A stretch of DNA of 64,000 nucleotides from Heterodontus francisci (lineage: Eukaryota): positions 82,514,357-82,578,356 of the forward strand of contig NC_090378.1 in NCBI RefSeq assembly GCF_036365525.1. The letters are read 5' to 3'. The translations under genes were made by a program, and so were the position numbers. This document shows, piece after piece, positions 63,411 to 64,000 of the stretch. Every line of letters starts with the position of its first letter. Position 1 is the stretch's first letter. The notes beneath the pieces are model-generated. The model ran no database searches. It was not told the origin of the DNA and was given only the letters and a program-made list of their open reading frames with translations.

Positions 63411-64000
63411 GGGAGGTGGTGGCATAGTGAAAGTGTCACTGGACCAGAGCCAGGCTAAAGCCTTGGGGACGTGAGTTCGAATCCAACCATTGCAGATGGT
63501 GAAGCCTGAATTCAATTAATAAATCTGGAATTAAAAAGCTAGTCTAACGGTGATCATGAACCATTGTCGATTGTTGTAAAAAACCCATCTTGTTCGCTAA
63601 TATCCTTTAGGGATGTCCTTTACCATTACTATCAAGCCAGGGATCAACCCTGGTTCAATGAGGAGTGCAGGAGAACATGCCAGGAGTGGCACCAAGCATA
63701 ACTAAAAATAAGGGACCAACCTGGTGAAGCACAATACAGGACTACATGCATGTTTTTAAAATTCTTTCATGGGTGTGGGTGTTGCTGGGAAGTCCAGCAC
63801 TTATTGCCCATCCCTAATTGCCCTTGAACTGAGTGGCTTGTAAGGCCACTTCAGAGTGCAGTTAAGAGTCAACCATTGTTGTGTGCTGGAGTTACATGTA
63901 GGCCAGACTGGTAAGGACCGCAAATTTTCTTCCCTTAAGGACATTAGTGAAGCAGATGGGTTTTTACGACAATCCAGTTTCATGGTCACCGTATAAGAGA

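Noticed and set aside
1-64000. CRISPR arrays or prokaryotic systems
   Set aside because: Sequence is intron-containing vertebrate DNA; no repeat-spacer arrays seen

Overview
Vertebrate genomic DNA, almost certainly a shark/elasmobranch (HE1-type V-SINEs, Deu-domain SINEs, CR1/L2 LINEs, Penelope ends). It holds the gene block DIO1 (+, last two exons) - IFT25/HSPB11 (-, 5 coding exons, 139 aa) - LRRC42 (+, 7 coding exons, 415 aa) - LDLRAD1 (-, 6 coding exons, 222 aa) - TMEM59 (-, last exon), the same order as in human. All exons were assembled by hand with GT-AG sites and consistent phases; homology calls are from memory, not database searches. Most interesting: the DIO1 3' region has two SECIS-like hairpins. 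The distal one resembles the mammalian DIO1 SECIS but has GG in place of the invariant 3' GA, while a proximal hairpin has an intact UGAU/UGAU quartet, suggesting SECIS turnover. Also present: a 10.4-kb strand-asymmetric G-rich satellite inside a diverged direct duplication in LRRC42 intron 1, a decayed GalEa-like Ty1/copia element, a pristine 5'-truncated RTE LINE, and a 94-bp-arm Penelope palindrome with hammerhead motifs and a 15-bp TSD.
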